This document shows positions 18,054-28,453 of a stretch of 64,000 nt of DNA, piece by piece. The notes beneath the pieces were generated by a model. It was not told the DNA's origin, ran no database searches, and saw nothing but the letters and a program-made list of their open reading frames with translations. Both the position numbers and the translations under genes were made by a program. Source of the DNA: a virus; the IMG/VR virus record IMGVR_UViG_3300010389_000001, positions 32,211 to 96,210 of that record; one strand, written 5' to 3'. The stretch's first letter is position 1; each line of letters begins with the position of its first letter.

Positions 18054-19170
18054 TACGCTATATGGAAGGTCCACCTCTGGAAAGATCAAGCAGTGGACGG
18101 TATCAGTTTTAAAGCTTGCAGATGGAACATGCTATGTAGAGACGGAGCATGGATATATCGACGGCAAGAAGCAACTAGACCAAAGGTTGGTAGACTCTGG
18201 AAAGAATATTGGCCGAGCAAACGAGACAACTGTATATGAACAGGCCTGTTCCGAGGCTCAGTCGGCTTATAACAAGAAGGTAGACGAGGGTTACTACACA
18301 TCTCCATCTGATATTCCAAAGGAATCAGAAGGGATGTTTCTGCCGATGCTGGCCCACAGGTACGATAAGCACTATAAAAAGATCAAATACCCCTGCCTGG
18401 TTCAGCCAAAGTTAGATGGCTGCAGAATGATCGCAAAGAAAGAGGGCGGCAATGTTCTGATGTGGACTAGAAAGGGCAAGCCGATAGAACTCTTGGATAA
18501 GATTCAGGACCAGCTTTCCAATATTTTAAGAGAAGGTCAAGCAGTCGATGGAGAAGTGTATGTTCACGGCTGGACCTTTCAAAGAATTATCTCTGCGGTA
18601 AAAAAGAAGTCGGATGATACTGATCTTCTAGAGTATCATATCTATGATGCTCCACATGAAGAATTGCCATTCGAAGAGCGTATGCCACAGATTAGTGAGG
18701 AATCTAGAGTTTTCCCGGAATATTGTAAGGGCTGGGAAGATCATGGCTCAAATATTGTATTCGTTGAAACCCTAAGGTCCATGTCAAAAGAAATCTTTGA
18801 CACCCAAGAGCTTCTATTTACAACAGAAGGCTATGAGGGCATGATGGTGAGAAACGAGAGTAGTCTTTATAAATACAAGCATCGTTCATTTGACTTGCAA
18901 AAGGTGAAGAGGTTTGTTGATGATGAGTTTGAAATCATTGGAGGCAAAGACGGTTCCGGCAGAGAGTCTGGACTAATTATCTTTAGGTGCAAAACAAAGT
19001 CTGGGCTGGAGTTTGATGTAAGGCCAAGGGGCTCTCAAGAGTCTAGGAGGGAGATCTTTGACAACCTCCAATCTTACATTGGAAAAGAACTAACGGTAAG
19101 GTACCAAGAGCTTACAGATGATGGAGTGCCAAGATTCCCCGTTGGAATTGCAGTGAGAGATTATGAGTGA
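18043..19170 (+). CDS. ATP-dependent DNA ligase
   Basis: QPKLDGCR (KxDG), DGEVY, YHIYD, GYEGMMVR, KVK, TVRYQELT..GVPRFP. Confidence 0.92.
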   Translation: MKFDTLYGRSTSGKIKQWTVSVLKLADGTCYVETEHGYIDGKKQLDQRLVDSGKNIGRANETTVYEQACSEAQSAYNKKVDEGYYTSPSDIPKESEGMFLPMLAHRYDKHYKKIKYPCLVQPKLDGCRMIAKKEGGNVLMWTRKGKPIELLDKIQDQLSNILREGQAVDGEVYVHGWTFQRIISAVKKKSDDTDLLEYHIYDAPHEELPFEERMPQISEESRVFPEYCKGWEDHGSNIVFVETLRSMSKEIFDTQELLFTTEGYEGMMVRNESSLYKYKHRSFDLQKVKRFVDDEFEIIGGKDGSGRESGLIIFRCKTKSGLEFDVRPRGSQESRREIFDNLQSYIGKELTVRYQELTDDGVPRFPVGIAVRDYE

Positions 19171-19256
19171 TTTGCCAAAGAGTTCGTAGCGATGATATAA
19201 TTTAAGGTTATTTTGCGCAAACAATATAATAAAAAAAACATGGAGAAGATTAGAGT

Positions 19257-20111
19257 ATGTCAACTGCAAGTGTAATTGATTCTGTAATTAAAAGTAATCC
19301 AGTTCTATCTCATCAGGAGCAAGTAGATCTAGTAAACGACTGGCAGCGCAACTCAAACAAACTAAGCTTAGACAAGCTAGTTCTATCAAATATGAAGCTA
19401 ATCAATAAGGAGGCTTTCTCCGCGAAGAAGAAGAACGGCCATCTTTCTTACGATGATCTGGTACAGGAAGGAATTGCTGGCTTGCTAAAGGCCGCAAATA
19501 TGTTTGATTCATCTCATGAGGTGAAGTTCATAACTTATGCTATGCTATGGGTCAAGGCTAATATGCGGGCTCATGTTATGAGCAATCGATCAATAGTTAA
19601 GATGGGAACTACTCGTGATGACAGAGTTCTATTTAACAATTTGTCAAAGGTATCGAGGGAGGCCGACCTCTCTGGGGTCGAGGGAGAGGCGAAGGTAGAG
19701 TATATCTCAAAGCGCTTAGGTGTTGGGAAAGGTTCTGTTAGAAAGATGCTTTGCTCAACCAGGGGATACGACACAAGGCTTGATGCCCCAGTAAAGTCGG
19801 ATGATGGCTCAGAGACTCTTCGAGTTACTCTGCTTGAAGATGAGGGTTCTGGCGAAGCCCAGACTATCTTGGACGTAGCGAGTGAGAAGAAGGTGGCGAT
19901 ACTAGAGGCGACAATTTCATCGCTGCCTGAATCTGAGTCAAAGATTATCCGAGACCGCTATCTTGCTGATAACCCAAAGACCCTTAGGGAGCTAGAGAAG
20001 GAAATGTCTATCTCGCGCGAATGGATTAGAAAGCTTGAGATGCGTGCTTTGAATCGAGTCAAGAAGCGCCTAAAGACAGAGTATGGAATCTCTGATATGC
20101 TAGATATCTAA
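19257..20111 (+). CDS. RNA polymerase sigma-70 family factor, RpoH (sigma32)-like
   Basis: DLVQEG..GLLKA..FD..KFITYA; RpoH-box-like SIVKMGTTRDDRVLFNNL; region 4 TLREL..ISREWIRKLE. Confidence 0.88.
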   Translation: MSTASVIDSVIKSNPVLSHQEQVDLVNDWQRNSNKLSLDKLVLSNMKLINKEAFSAKKKNGHLSYDDLVQEGIAGLLKAANMFDSSHEVKFITYAMLWVKANMRAHVMSNRSIVKMGTTRDDRVLFNNLSKVSREADLSGVEGEAKVEYISKRLGVGKGSVRKMLCSTRGYDTRLDAPVKSDDGSETLRVTLLEDEGSGEAQTILDVASEKKVAILEATISSLPESESKIIRDRYLADNPKTLRELEKEMSISREWIRKLEMRALNRVKKRLKTEYGISDMLDI

Positions 20112-20135
20112 AATATTTTTTAGTATAATTTTTTT

Positions 20136-20321
20136 ATGGGCGCTAACGAAGATTACAAAAAATATAAATACATTATATGGAGCCAAGAAGAAGGCCTCTT
20201 TTCTATAGACTCTATATCAGATGATGATCTAAAGTCAATATCAACAGCCTTAAATATAGAGTTGACCAAAAGGGTTGAGGAAGATACCTCGGCTAAGTTT
20301 AAAAAGCTAAAAGACTGCTGA
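20136..20321 (+). CDS. hypothetical protein
   Basis: 61-aa ORF. Confidence 0.45.
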   Translation: MGANEDYKKYKYIIWSQEEGLFSIDSISDDDLKSISTALNIELTKRVEEDTSAKFKKLKDC

Positions 20322-20390
20322 TTAATCAGTCATTTCTTCGACGGCTTTTGGGCGATTTTATCACCATACTTATAAAACACAAGAATTTTG

Positions 20391-20418
20391 TTGCACATTA
20401 TTCTGCCTGGGTTATAAG
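20391..20418 (+). promoter_or_regulatory. class A promoter-like motif upstream of tmRNA
   Basis: TTGCAC-ATTATTCTGCCTGGGT-TATAAG. Confidence 0.65.
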
Positions 20419-20439
20419 AAGTGGGACAGCTTTTATTAT

Positions 20440-20816
20440 GGGGGTGAATAGGTTTCGACGTGGCAATGAGCCTGGATAGTGCAAGCGGTCTGCGGCAACA
20501 AAAGACCTAAATAGTGTTGCAAAACTAATAATTGCCAACAACAATTATCACTACAACTCTGTCGCTCTAGCGGCTTAGTCGTCGGGGCTTCTAGTCGCCT
20601 TGTAACCAAAGGCTAGATAACAGGTAGATCCCTGCGAAAATAAAAAATCAAAATGGCTACCCTCGTTGTATGAGGTGGAGCGCAATAGGGCAGTGAGCGC
20701 TGGTTGGAAAATCTGTCTATCTTTGCTGATTTGTGATAGTAAATCGGACAAGCTTGTGAACGACTTGAATGGTTATTTGTTGCGGACGCGAGTTTCGATT
20801 CTCGCCACCTCCACCA
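20440..20816 (+). ncRNA. ssrA: tmRNA
   Basis: 5' GGGGGTG..GGTTTCGAC; 3' T arm and CACCTCCACCA with G3:U; tag frame 20534-20578 ANNNYHYNSVALAA*. Confidence 0.95.
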
Positions 20817-20843
20817 CTTTTCAAAAAAGTTAGAGGAGTAGAG

Positions 20844-21782
20844 ATGATTAGGAAAGAGAAAAATCATGTCATAAACTCTATTGTTAGAAATTGCTGCATA
20901 CCAGCGTGGCTTAAAGACTTGGACCCGATCTTGGCAGGGGGTTCGATTCTTTATTTCTACCTGATGTTTGGGGACGAAAATTCTTTTGCATCAAAGAAGG
21001 TCATGGCAAAGATCAAGATGGTAGATAGATTCAGCGGCAACAAGGAGATCAGAAAGTATCTTTTGAATAAATCAGATGGCATTACCGATTACCCTGGCGA
21101 TGTTGACGTTTGGTTTGCTTCAGAAGAAGCTCTGGCTTCAGCGATGGCTTCTGTTCCTTCCTCAAATGCAATAAAAACATCGAATTGGGCAAATACCTTT
21201 CTCTTGAGAAATAGAGTCTTCCCAAGAATGAGGTCCCTGCAGGTTGTGAAGAAGGTTCAAGAATCCCCAGAGTCTCTCATCGAAAGCTTTGATCTTGCTA
21301 ACTGCATGATTGCCTGGAGGGATGACACTCTTTATATTGATGATAGGCTGGATGCGGCGTTTGCTTCCGGTGCCCTTGAGTACGTAAACAACCCATATGA
21401 AGGCGATTTGACATTTGCCTCAAAGCTATACAATGCTCTGAGGTTATTTAAGTATGCGGATAGGTATTCTTTATCTTTTTCAGATGAAATTCACTCTATC
21501 ATACTTAGTCTATTCCTAGAGGCGGACGATGCTGACTTAAAAGAATATGCCGAGAAAACCAGCTTTCAGAATATCCATTATGGAAAGGTGTATGCTTCGG
21601 AAAATACGGTAAGATCCATGATGCAAAACTTGGCATATAGCATCTCGATCTGGTATGGTATGGAAAATTTCAGAGAAGAAAACCTGGCCTTCCTCATAGG
21701 CCTTAAGTCTAAGGAGCTTTTGGTGACCCAGGAATTCGTTAAATCAGCCTTCGGAGAAGGCGCTAGATCACCTGGATGGTAA
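20844..21782 (+). CDS. nucleotidyltransferase-superfamily protein (CCA/poly(A) polymerase head-like)
   Basis: ILAGGSI...GDVDVWF and FDLANC motifs; ATG 20844 after GAGGAG. Confidence 0.55.
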   Translation: MIRKEKNHVINSIVRNCCIPAWLKDLDPILAGGSILYFYLMFGDENSFASKKVMAKIKMVDRFSGNKEIRKYLLNKSDGITDYPGDVDVWFASEEALASAMASVPSSNAIKTSNWANTFLLRNRVFPRMRSLQVVKKVQESPESLIESFDLANCMIAWRDDTLYIDDRLDAAFASGALEYVNNPYEGDLTFASKLYNALRLFKYADRYSLSFSDEIHSIILSLFLEADDADLKEYAEKTSFQNIHYGKVYASENTVRSMMQNLAYSISIWYGMENFREENLAFLIGLKSKELLVTQEFVKSAFGEGARSPGW

Positions 21783-21798
21783 AGCCTTTGGAGGCATT

Positions 21799-22734
21799 AT
21801 GCAAAACTTAGGATACGCCTGCATTAACATGACTCTATCAAATGTGTCGCCAAAGAAAAAGGTGACGACTAACAGGAGTATGATCAAAAGAACTTTCGAG
21901 AAAAAAGGATCTCTCTACGCCGGAGAGCTTGCTCTTCAAAATGTTAGGGATTTAACGAAAATCTTGAGATGGAATAACGATAAGAATATTAAGTTTTTTC
22001 GTATATCATCAGAAGTTTTTCCATGGGCGTCAGAGTATTCTATCGCGAGCTTGAGCAATTATTCATCCATCCTTCTGGCGGCACAGGCAGCAGGAAGGGT
22101 TGCTAGTAATTATGGTATGAGGCTGACGGCTCACCCTGGGCCTTTTAACAAGCTGTGCTCTCCGAAGGAGCATGTTGTTAAAAATACAATAAGAGACTTA
22201 GAGATTCACGGAGAGTTCTTCGATATGCTGGGCCTATCAAGAACTCCATACAACAAAATCAATATTCATGTTGGCGCAGCATATGACTCAAAGCAAGTCG
22301 CACTTGATACGTTCTGTCGCAATTTCGAGAGGCTTCCAGATTCAGTTCGAACAAGACTTACGGTAGAGAACGATGACCGGCCTTCTTTATACTCAACTCA
22401 CGAACTTTACGATGGAATCTACAAGAGGCTTGGAATTCCAATAGTCTTTGACTATCATCATCATAAGTTTAGAAATGATGGAGAGTCAGAGGAAGAGGCC
22501 TTAAGGCTTGCTGCATCAACATGGGGTGATGTAACTCCTGTTGTTCATTACTCGGAGTCAAGGTCGGAAGAGTACGGCGATCCGAAGATTAAGGATAATG
22601 CTCATTCGGATTATATCTACAATCGCATTGATGACTATGGTTTAGATATTGATATTATGATTGAGGCAAAGGCGAAAGAGTTAGCTCTCCTAAAGTATAG
22701 GGAGGAAAATTGTGGCATACTTGAACCTGAATAA
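21799..22734 (+). CDS. uvsE: UV damage endonuclease
   Basis: LGYACIN, FFRISS, RLTAHPG, INIHVG, RLTVENDD, VFDYHHH, HYSES, HSDY, IMIEAKAKE. Confidence 0.92.
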   Translation: MQNLGYACINMTLSNVSPKKKVTTNRSMIKRTFEKKGSLYAGELALQNVRDLTKILRWNNDKNIKFFRISSEVFPWASEYSIASLSNYSSILLAAQAAGRVASNYGMRLTAHPGPFNKLCSPKEHVVKNTIRDLEIHGEFFDMLGLSRTPYNKINIHVGAAYDSKQVALDTFCRNFERLPDSVRTRLTVENDDRPSLYSTHELYDGIYKRLGIPIVFDYHHHKFRNDGESEEEALRLAASTWGDVTPVVHYSESRSEEYGDPKIKDNAHSDYIYNRIDDYGLDIDIMIEAKAKELALLKYREENCGILEPE

Positions 22735-23311
22735 TCTGTGTTCGCCATATCCAGATCCAGCCTTGTCCCTGAAGGTTGGGCTTCACTTTTTGGAGTCTGC
22801 TGTTCCGGCAGAGTATCGTGTGTCGTGCGCAGCGATTGATCTGGCAAAGAACTATGTATACGGCGATCAGAGTGATCTATCTGCAGATAATGCCTCTACG
22901 GTATATCATCAGGGTGAGCTTTTCGCTAGGCGGGCCTGTGAGTTGGCTATCAAAAAGCACTTTCAAAGATCTTTTTCATATAGAGCGACGGCGCGGTTTT
23001 GCTGCGCAGTTTCTAGGCTGCACGACAAGCGGCTGGCTAGCAGATACACATTTTATTCCTATGTAAAGTCTTCGATTAGAGCGGCTGCAGCAGCGCGATA
23101 TTATTCGAGCAATAATCCTGAAGTAATGAAAGAAGATTCTAATGAAAATCGAGAAATAATTCACGATTATATGGTCTCTATACTTCCTGAGATAATTGAT
23201 CACGTTATAGGCAGCCGCTCGGTACTGCTTGATCCAGGTATGATTATGGGCCTCATTAAAGACGAAGAGGTTATGGACAAGTTTCTTTTTAACTTAGACT
23301 CATTGAGGTAA
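22712..23311 (+). CDS. Imm5-like family protein, copy 4 (divergent)
   Basis: MAYLNLNNL..DPALSLKVGLHF; C-terminal DKFLFNLDSLR. Confidence 0.6.
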   Translation: MAYLNLNNLCSPYPDPALSLKVGLHFLESAVPAEYRVSCAAIDLAKNYVYGDQSDLSADNASTVYHQGELFARRACELAIKKHFQRSFSYRATARFCCAVSRLHDKRLASRYTFYSYVKSSIRAAAAARYYSSNNPEVMKEDSNENREIIHDYMVSILPEIIDHVIGSRSVLLDPGMIMGLIKDEEVMDKFLFNLDSLR

Positions 23312-23313
23312 TC

Positions 23314-24108
23314 GTGAAGGCAAGTGCAAAGCAGAAGAAAATTTTTGATTCTTTTTTTCTTCATATGAAAAAAAATATCGAAGTAATTAGAAAGCGTTGG
23401 GCAATCAATCTTAAAAATAAAGATTCTGTAATTGACTTTTGGGATTCTCTCAGCAAGGCCGACAAGAAGCGACTTGTCTCGCATCCTAGCTTTAAACATT
23501 ATCCCTCATGCAGTTGGTCTAGAACCTCAAGAAAGCCATACGGAGAAGCCATAGGCCATCTTGTATCTAAAAGAATTATGCTGTCTCCATCCGACAGGCA
23601 GCTTCTAGTGAAAAATGCCGTAGGTGTTTTTGCTGTTTATGCCTTCGATCAGGCAGAGGCTTATGAAAAAATAGCTATGTCGAAAAGACTCTTTTATTCT
23701 ACCGATAAGCGAGTTAGGGGCAGGTCGCTAACCTATGCTCCACTCCCAATGATTAAGAGAGAAATGATCTCTGTAATTAGCAGGGGCGATTGGAGTCTGA
23801 CTAATAAGCTTGTAAAAAGAGTTGGATTTATAAACTGCTATAGGCTATTTATTCCGGATAATCTAGAGCGGCTCTCTAATAAGAGATTCTCTTACAACTA
23901 TTACTGGTGGACGCGAAAAGCCCTGGAGTTTGCATCAAGGTCGGAAGTAAAGCATTTGGATGATCAGATAGATAGCTGCAATAGCGATTTAGTCAAGTCA
24001 ATCCTTATTAGCAAGATGCCTGCAAGCAAGATGTTATTTTATATGAATAATACATCAAAAGGTATGCGTACCGCAGAAGTCCTGCAGCGCAAACTGGAGA
24101 TTATTTAA
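23314..24108 (+). CDS. basic alpha-helical hypothetical protein
   Basis: 264-aa ORF; C-terminus loosely similar to the 34880/42837/43603 proteins. Confidence 0.7.
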   Translation: MKASAKQKKIFDSFFLHMKKNIEVIRKRWAINLKNKDSVIDFWDSLSKADKKRLVSHPSFKHYPSCSWSRTSRKPYGEAIGHLVSKRIMLSPSDRQLLVKNAVGVFAVYAFDQAEAYEKIAMSKRLFYSTDKRVRGRSLTYAPLPMIKREMISVISRGDWSLTNKLVKRVGFINCYRLFIPDNLERLSNKRFSYNYYWWTRKALEFASRSEVKHLDDQIDSCNSDLVKSILISKMPASKMLFYMNNTSKGMRTAEVLQRKLEII

Positions 24109-25761
24109 ATGTGTGGTTTTTCGGCTTATTATGGCGAAGCGCCAGAACGCTTTGCAGAAGATGGTTTGTCAGTTAGGTATCGAGGCCCAGATAATTCGGC
24201 GTTCAGAGAGGTGTCGAATAAAGTTGGTATGCTTTTTCATAGGCTTGCCATAGTGGGGCTAGATGAATCTGGAAATCAGCCGCTACATCACAATGGTATA
24301 TACCTAGTCTGCAATGGCGAGATATATAATCATAAGGAACTAATTGAAGCAGAATCCTTTCCAGTAGACACAACATCAGACTGCGAAGTTATAATCCACC
24401 TGTATGAAAAGTACGGAATATCAGAGTGTCTCAATAAGCTGGATGGCGTGTTTGCCTTTTTCCTATATGATTCCGACAGAGATATAGCTTACGCAGCAAG
24501 AGATAGGTTTGGCGTTAGGCCGGCATTCTTCGGCATAAGCAATGGAACTCTTTGTGTATCATCAGAAGCAAAGGCAATTGCCAATTTTGTCGATACCGTA
24601 TTTCACCTTGAGCCTGGCAGGTACATAGATTCAGTTTCGTTAAGCCAGATAAGCTATTACAGTCTTCCGATTGGGCACACGATTATTGCTCCAGATATCG
24701 CCAGATACACTGAGGGTGTAAAGCGAGAGGTAAGATGGCGTCTCGTTAAGGCGGTCGAGAAGAGGATGATGTCAGACAGAGAGGTTTGTTGCCTCCTTTC
24801 TGGAGGGCTAGATAGCAGCCTGATAGCATCGATTGTATCGATGATGGTAAATGGTTATAGGCTGGTCAGATACGCCGAAAGAGACTCCTGGGAGTTCTTC
24901 GAGGATAAGAAGCTTGATTATAAGTTAAAAACATTTTCAATAGGGATGGATGGCAGCCCTGACCTTGATTATGCAGATATTGCAGCAAGATGGATTGACT
25001 CTGACCACCATCGAATCGAGCTAACCGAAGAGGAATTCTTATCTAACATTGAGCGAACTATATACGTTACGGAATCGTATGATACAACTACGGTTAGAGC
25101 CAGTGTTGGCAACTATTTAGTATCTAAGTATATCTCAGATAATACTGATTGCAAAGTAGTATTTAATGGCGATGGAAGTGATGAGGTATGTTGTGGTTAC
25201 ATATATAACGCTAATGCTCCATCTCCATATGCTTTGCACAAAGAGTCGATGAGACTTGTAAATGAGATTTACTTATTTGATGTACTGAGGTCAGACAGAT
25301 CAATAAGCTCTAATGGGCTTGAGGCTAGAACGCCATTTCTGGATAAGGACTTTGTGCAATACTATATGTCCATTGACCCCAGCCTAAAGATGTTTGGCTC
25401 GAACTATAAGATAGAAAAAGAGCTTCTGAGATCGTCATTTAGGAATGATGGCTTGTTGCCAATGGAGATACTTTGGCGACATAAGTGTGCTTTTTCCGAT
25501 GGGGTATCGGCAAAGGAGAAGTCTTGGCATAAGACTCTGCAGGCTCATATAGATTCAGAGATAACCGATGATGAGTTTGAGCAAGAAAGGATTTCTATAA
25601 AAAATTGTACGCCAGAGCTAAAAGAAAGCCTATACTACAGAAGGGTGCATAGAAAGCTTTTCCCGGAATCCATGGATGATATTATCCCGCACTTCTGGAT
25701 GCCAAAGTGGACTAATGTAAAAGACCCATCTGCAAGAGAACTAGACTCAAACAAGGAATAG
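24109..25761 (+). CDS. asnB: asparagine synthetase B (glutamine-hydrolysing)
   Basis: N-terminal MCG, RGPD, HRLAIV, NGEIYNH, ARDRFGVRP, LLSGGLDSS, GDGSDE, EARTPFLD. Confidence 0.93.
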   Translation: MCGFSAYYGEAPERFAEDGLSVRYRGPDNSAFREVSNKVGMLFHRLAIVGLDESGNQPLHHNGIYLVCNGEIYNHKELIEAESFPVDTTSDCEVIIHLYEKYGISECLNKLDGVFAFFLYDSDRDIAYAARDRFGVRPAFFGISNGTLCVSSEAKAIANFVDTVFHLEPGRYIDSVSLSQISYYSLPIGHTIIAPDIARYTEGVKREVRWRLVKAVEKRMMSDREVCCLLSGGLDSSLIASIVSMMVNGYRLVRYAERDSWEFFEDKKLDYKLKTFSIGMDGSPDLDYADIAARWIDSDHHRIELTEEEFLSNIERTIYVTESYDTTTVRASVGNYLVSKYISDNTDCKVVFNGDGSDEVCCGYIYNANAPSPYALHKESMRLVNEIYLFDVLRSDRSISSNGLEARTPFLDKDFVQYYMSIDPSLKMFGSNYKIEKELLRSSFRNDGLLPMEILWRHKCAFSDGVSAKEKSWHKTLQAHIDSEITDDEFEQERISIKNCTPELKESLYYRRVHRKLFPESMDDIIPHFWMPKWTNVKDPSARELDSNKE

Positions 25762-25807
25762 GCACAAGATCTTTTTTTAGTGATGCCTTTAATATATAGG
25801 GGTTATT

Positions 25808-26110
25808 ATGAAGAAAAAGATCTATGGCTATAAGATAAGAAACAAAAAGACGGGCAAGTATTTAGCTTCATCTGGAAACTGGACAAGCATTGGTAAGGTC
25901 TGGGCAAGAAAGGGCGGAGCTATAAAGAAGCTAAATGACCTTCTAAAAAGAGCGTCAAATGCAGAAAAAAGATGGCATGGCGGGCGAAAGCCTGATTGGC
26001 TAAAAACAAAAGAAGATCTATTGGAAGAGATTTTACAATGCGAAGTAGTAGAATTATCTGAGTCTAACTCATACCCAATAACTTTTGAGATAGACAAGAT
26101 AAAGGTTTAA
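25808..26110 (+). CDS. hypothetical protein
   Basis: 100-aa basic ORF. Confidence 0.6.
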   Translation: MKKKIYGYKIRNKKTGKYLASSGNWTSIGKVWARKGGAIKKLNDLLKRASNAEKRWHGGRKPDWLKTKEDLLEEILQCEVVELSESNSYPITFEIDKIKV

Positions 26111-26113
26111 TAT

Positions 26114-26419
26114 ATGTCTTTTGCCATTCCATCGGAGAAAGAAACTCCACAAACCCTCTGGAAAAGCCAGAGGGAAATGGGCGGGAGAATTCTGCTAAAG
26201 ATACCTTTTGATTCTACCGAAGCTGATATGCAGGGATTCATATCTACTATGGGGTCGAAAGATAGCGGTCTTCCCGTCCTTACGGTATGCGTCGCGAAGC
26301 CGACAGGTGGTGCCATAGTTTCAACTATAGTCTTCCCGTCATCCGAGAAATACATGGATTTTATTTCTCTAGCCTCTTCGGACTCTCTTCTTCATTTTTT
26401 TGAAGACCAAGCTGTTTGA
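26114..26419 (+). CDS. hypothetical protein
   Basis: 101-aa ORF. Confidence 0.55.
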   Translation: MSFAIPSEKETPQTLWKSQREMGGRILLKIPFDSTEADMQGFISTMGSKDSGLPVLTVCVAKPTGGAIVSTIVFPSSEKYMDFISLASSDSLLHFFEDQAV

Positions 26420-26612
26420 CGTAGATCGGGCGATAGAATCCGCCGTAGTCCAAATTCATGCTTAGATTAACGTAAGGACTAATGCTTTCGGGAATGATTC
26501 TGTTTTCAGCACTTAGGGTTTCAGATATATTCCCATAAGTTTTATCTGATCCATATATTTCTGCAATAAAAAATAAAGATATTACAATAATAATCAATGA
26601 TTTATTTTTCAT
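26361..26612 (-). CDS. small signal-peptide/membrane protein
   Basis: MKNKSLIIIVISLFFIA; CTAATAAT on the minus strand at 26650-26657. Confidence 0.5.
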   Translation of the reverse strand: MKNKSLIIIVISLFFIAEIYGSDKTYGNISETLSAENRIIPESISPYVNLSMNLDYGGFYRPIYVKQLGLQKNEEESPKRLEK

Positions 26613-26677
26613 GATCTAATCTCTTGCCCTCTTTTATACCCAGTTTTCAATTATTAGTATAATCGGGAGGAATTTTT

Positions 26678-26705
26678 TTGCACTTTATCCCGGCCCGGTT
26701 ATAGC
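26678..26705 (+). promoter_or_regulatory. class A promoter-like motif upstream of tilS
   Basis: TTGCACTTTATCCCGGCCCGGTTATAGC. Confidence 0.7.
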
Positions 26706-26727
26706 CCCTATGGAGGAGTGCGCCTTT

Positions 26728-27417
26728 ATGATTAAGATGTTAGGCAGGGTCGATAGAGACTTTATTCTTACCCTATCAGGCGGTGTAGACAGCATGGTTG
26801 CGCTGGACTTTTTGGCCAAGCGCAATCGAAATGTTTTGGCCCTACATTTCGATCACGGTACGGAGTACGGAGCCAGAGCAAGATCTTTTGTAGAAGAGGT
26901 ATGTCTTCTAAACAATATTCCACTGGTAGTTGGTTCTATTAGTCGAGAGAGAGATGCGGGCGAATCAAAGGAGGCTTATTGGAGAGAGCAAAGGTATAGC
27001 TTTTTTGATTCATGGGATGATGAGAGGCACAGCAGAGTAGTTGACTTTGATAATCAATTTTTTAAGAGATCAAAGATTGTTACCTGCCACCATTTAGATG
27101 ACGCCGTAGAAACTTATCTCTTCTCTTCTATCCGTGGAAATGCAAAGCTTATTCCTTATGCTAGGCAGAATTATATTCGCCCATTTTTGCTGACAAAGAA
27201 AAGCGAGATTATCGAATATGCGAATAGGCAGGGGGTTCAATGGCTTGACGATCCTTCTAATGCGAATCAGGACTTTGCAAGAAACTTCATTAGGCACACA
27301 CTTCTTCCAAATGCCCTGCAAGTGAACCCAGGACTTCATAAGACGGTAAAAAAGAAGATTCTGGCTCAATACGAGGCGCAGCAAGATTTTGAATATCAAA
27401 TCGATAATTTTTGCTAG
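26728..27417 (+). CDS. tilS: tRNA(Ile)-lysidine synthetase (short form)
   Basis: LSGGVDSM, HFDHG, RY.FF, HHLDDAVET, IRPFL, DPSN, RNFIRH. Confidence 0.88.
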   Translation: MIKMLGRVDRDFILTLSGGVDSMVALDFLAKRNRNVLALHFDHGTEYGARARSFVEEVCLLNNIPLVVGSISRERDAGESKEAYWREQRYSFFDSWDDERHSRVVDFDNQFFKRSKIVTCHHLDDAVETYLFSSIRGNAKLIPYARQNYIRPFLLTKKSEIIEYANRQGVQWLDDPSNANQDFARNFIRHTLLPNALQVNPGLHKTVKKKILAQYEAQQDFEYQIDNFC

Positions 27418-27532
27418 TTTCGATAGACTTCTTCTAACGGGTGACTAGCATGTCGTTGTGGGCCGGATGGTTGGCTTGCACAAAAGCCCAAGATTATAAC
27501 GCGGGCATTGAATTTCTAGACAGGAAGTTATA

Positions 27533-27790
27533 ATGACTTTTGAAAGAGTCCGAGGCCCAGCCTCAGACCGATACGATTGCTTTAATATTCGAGACTTTCG
27601 AAAGAATGACTCGATTATCGTTCTTGTAGAACGTGGCACACGCCGCCTACGAGGCGTTGTTACTTACGTAGATGAAGAAACAAATATGATCTCATTCGTT
27701 ACAAATGAGGGGGATTATATGACTGACATTAATTCTATCGTTTTCTTGGGAGACCCCAAGGGTGGCTGGCTTGAAAGAGCAGACTCCTAG
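27533..27790 (+). CDS. hypothetical protein
   Basis: 85-aa ORF with AGGA SD. Confidence 0.6.
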   Translation: MTFERVRGPASDRYDCFNIRDFRKNDSIIVLVERGTRRLRGVVTYVDEETNMISFVTNEGDYMTDINSIVFLGDPKGGWLERADS

Positions 27791-28157
27791 TTCCCTGGCC
27801 TGGTCAGAGGTTCTGGATCTGCTGGATAAGTATCAGTTATCTGCCGATGATGTAATGGCTATCGCAGAAGTTCTTTATGATATGGCTCAAGACTATCTTG
27901 AGGAAGATACACTAAAAAAGAGCGATGCCAATTTGAGCAATCCCTCTAGGGCAATATCAATAAAGTCTAGCGCAAGAAATCCGGCATTTGATAGATTCCC
28001 TCTCTTTAAACAAAGGTGGGGTCTAGATCCCTCCCTTATTTACGAAGACAACTAGCGTGGAAGGTAATATGGCAAAAGAAACTGCGGAGACCAGCAAGAA
28101 GGCTCCCAAGAAGAAAAAGATTATGATATTTGATCAAGATAAAAAAGGAGAATAACA

Positions 28158-28366
28158 TGAGCACGAAGCCAATCAATAAGACCAAGTCAACTAAGTCTGT
28201 TCGCCTACGACTAAGCTTGAATCAGCCATCAAAGCGCGCTGGATGCAATCAGCTTAGCATTACCGTGCCTTCAAGCGACTGGCGCATTCCAAACCAGAGC
28301 CTAAGTTTGAGCGTTCGAGATGCCGAGGTTATTCGTCGTTTTCTAAATGAGTACCTTGGCGACTGA
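28158..28366 (+). CDS. small basic hypothetical protein
   Basis: ATG 28158 after AAGGAG. Confidence 0.55.
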
Positions 28367-28386
28367 TAAGTAGTCTCTTAGAGGGG

Positions 28387-28418
28387 GCCGGCAGCGAATA
28401 GTCGCTGCCGGCTTTATT
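28387..28418 (+). terminator. intrinsic terminator-like hairpin
   Basis: GCCGGCAGCGA-atag-TCGCTGCCGGC-TTTATT. Confidence 0.65.
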
Positions 28419-28453
28419 GCGTTAGTTAAACAAAGTTTTAGACGAGCGGGTAA

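Noticed and set aside
20613..20867. ORFs overlapping the tmRNA (20613..20867 minus, and the 20769 start)
   Set aside because: They overlap a clear tmRNA; the downstream gene has a good SD at ATG 20844.
27476..27500. Additional class A promoter (TTGCAC...TATAAC)
   Set aside because: The spacer is only 13 nt and lacks TATCCC and GG, so it was not counted.
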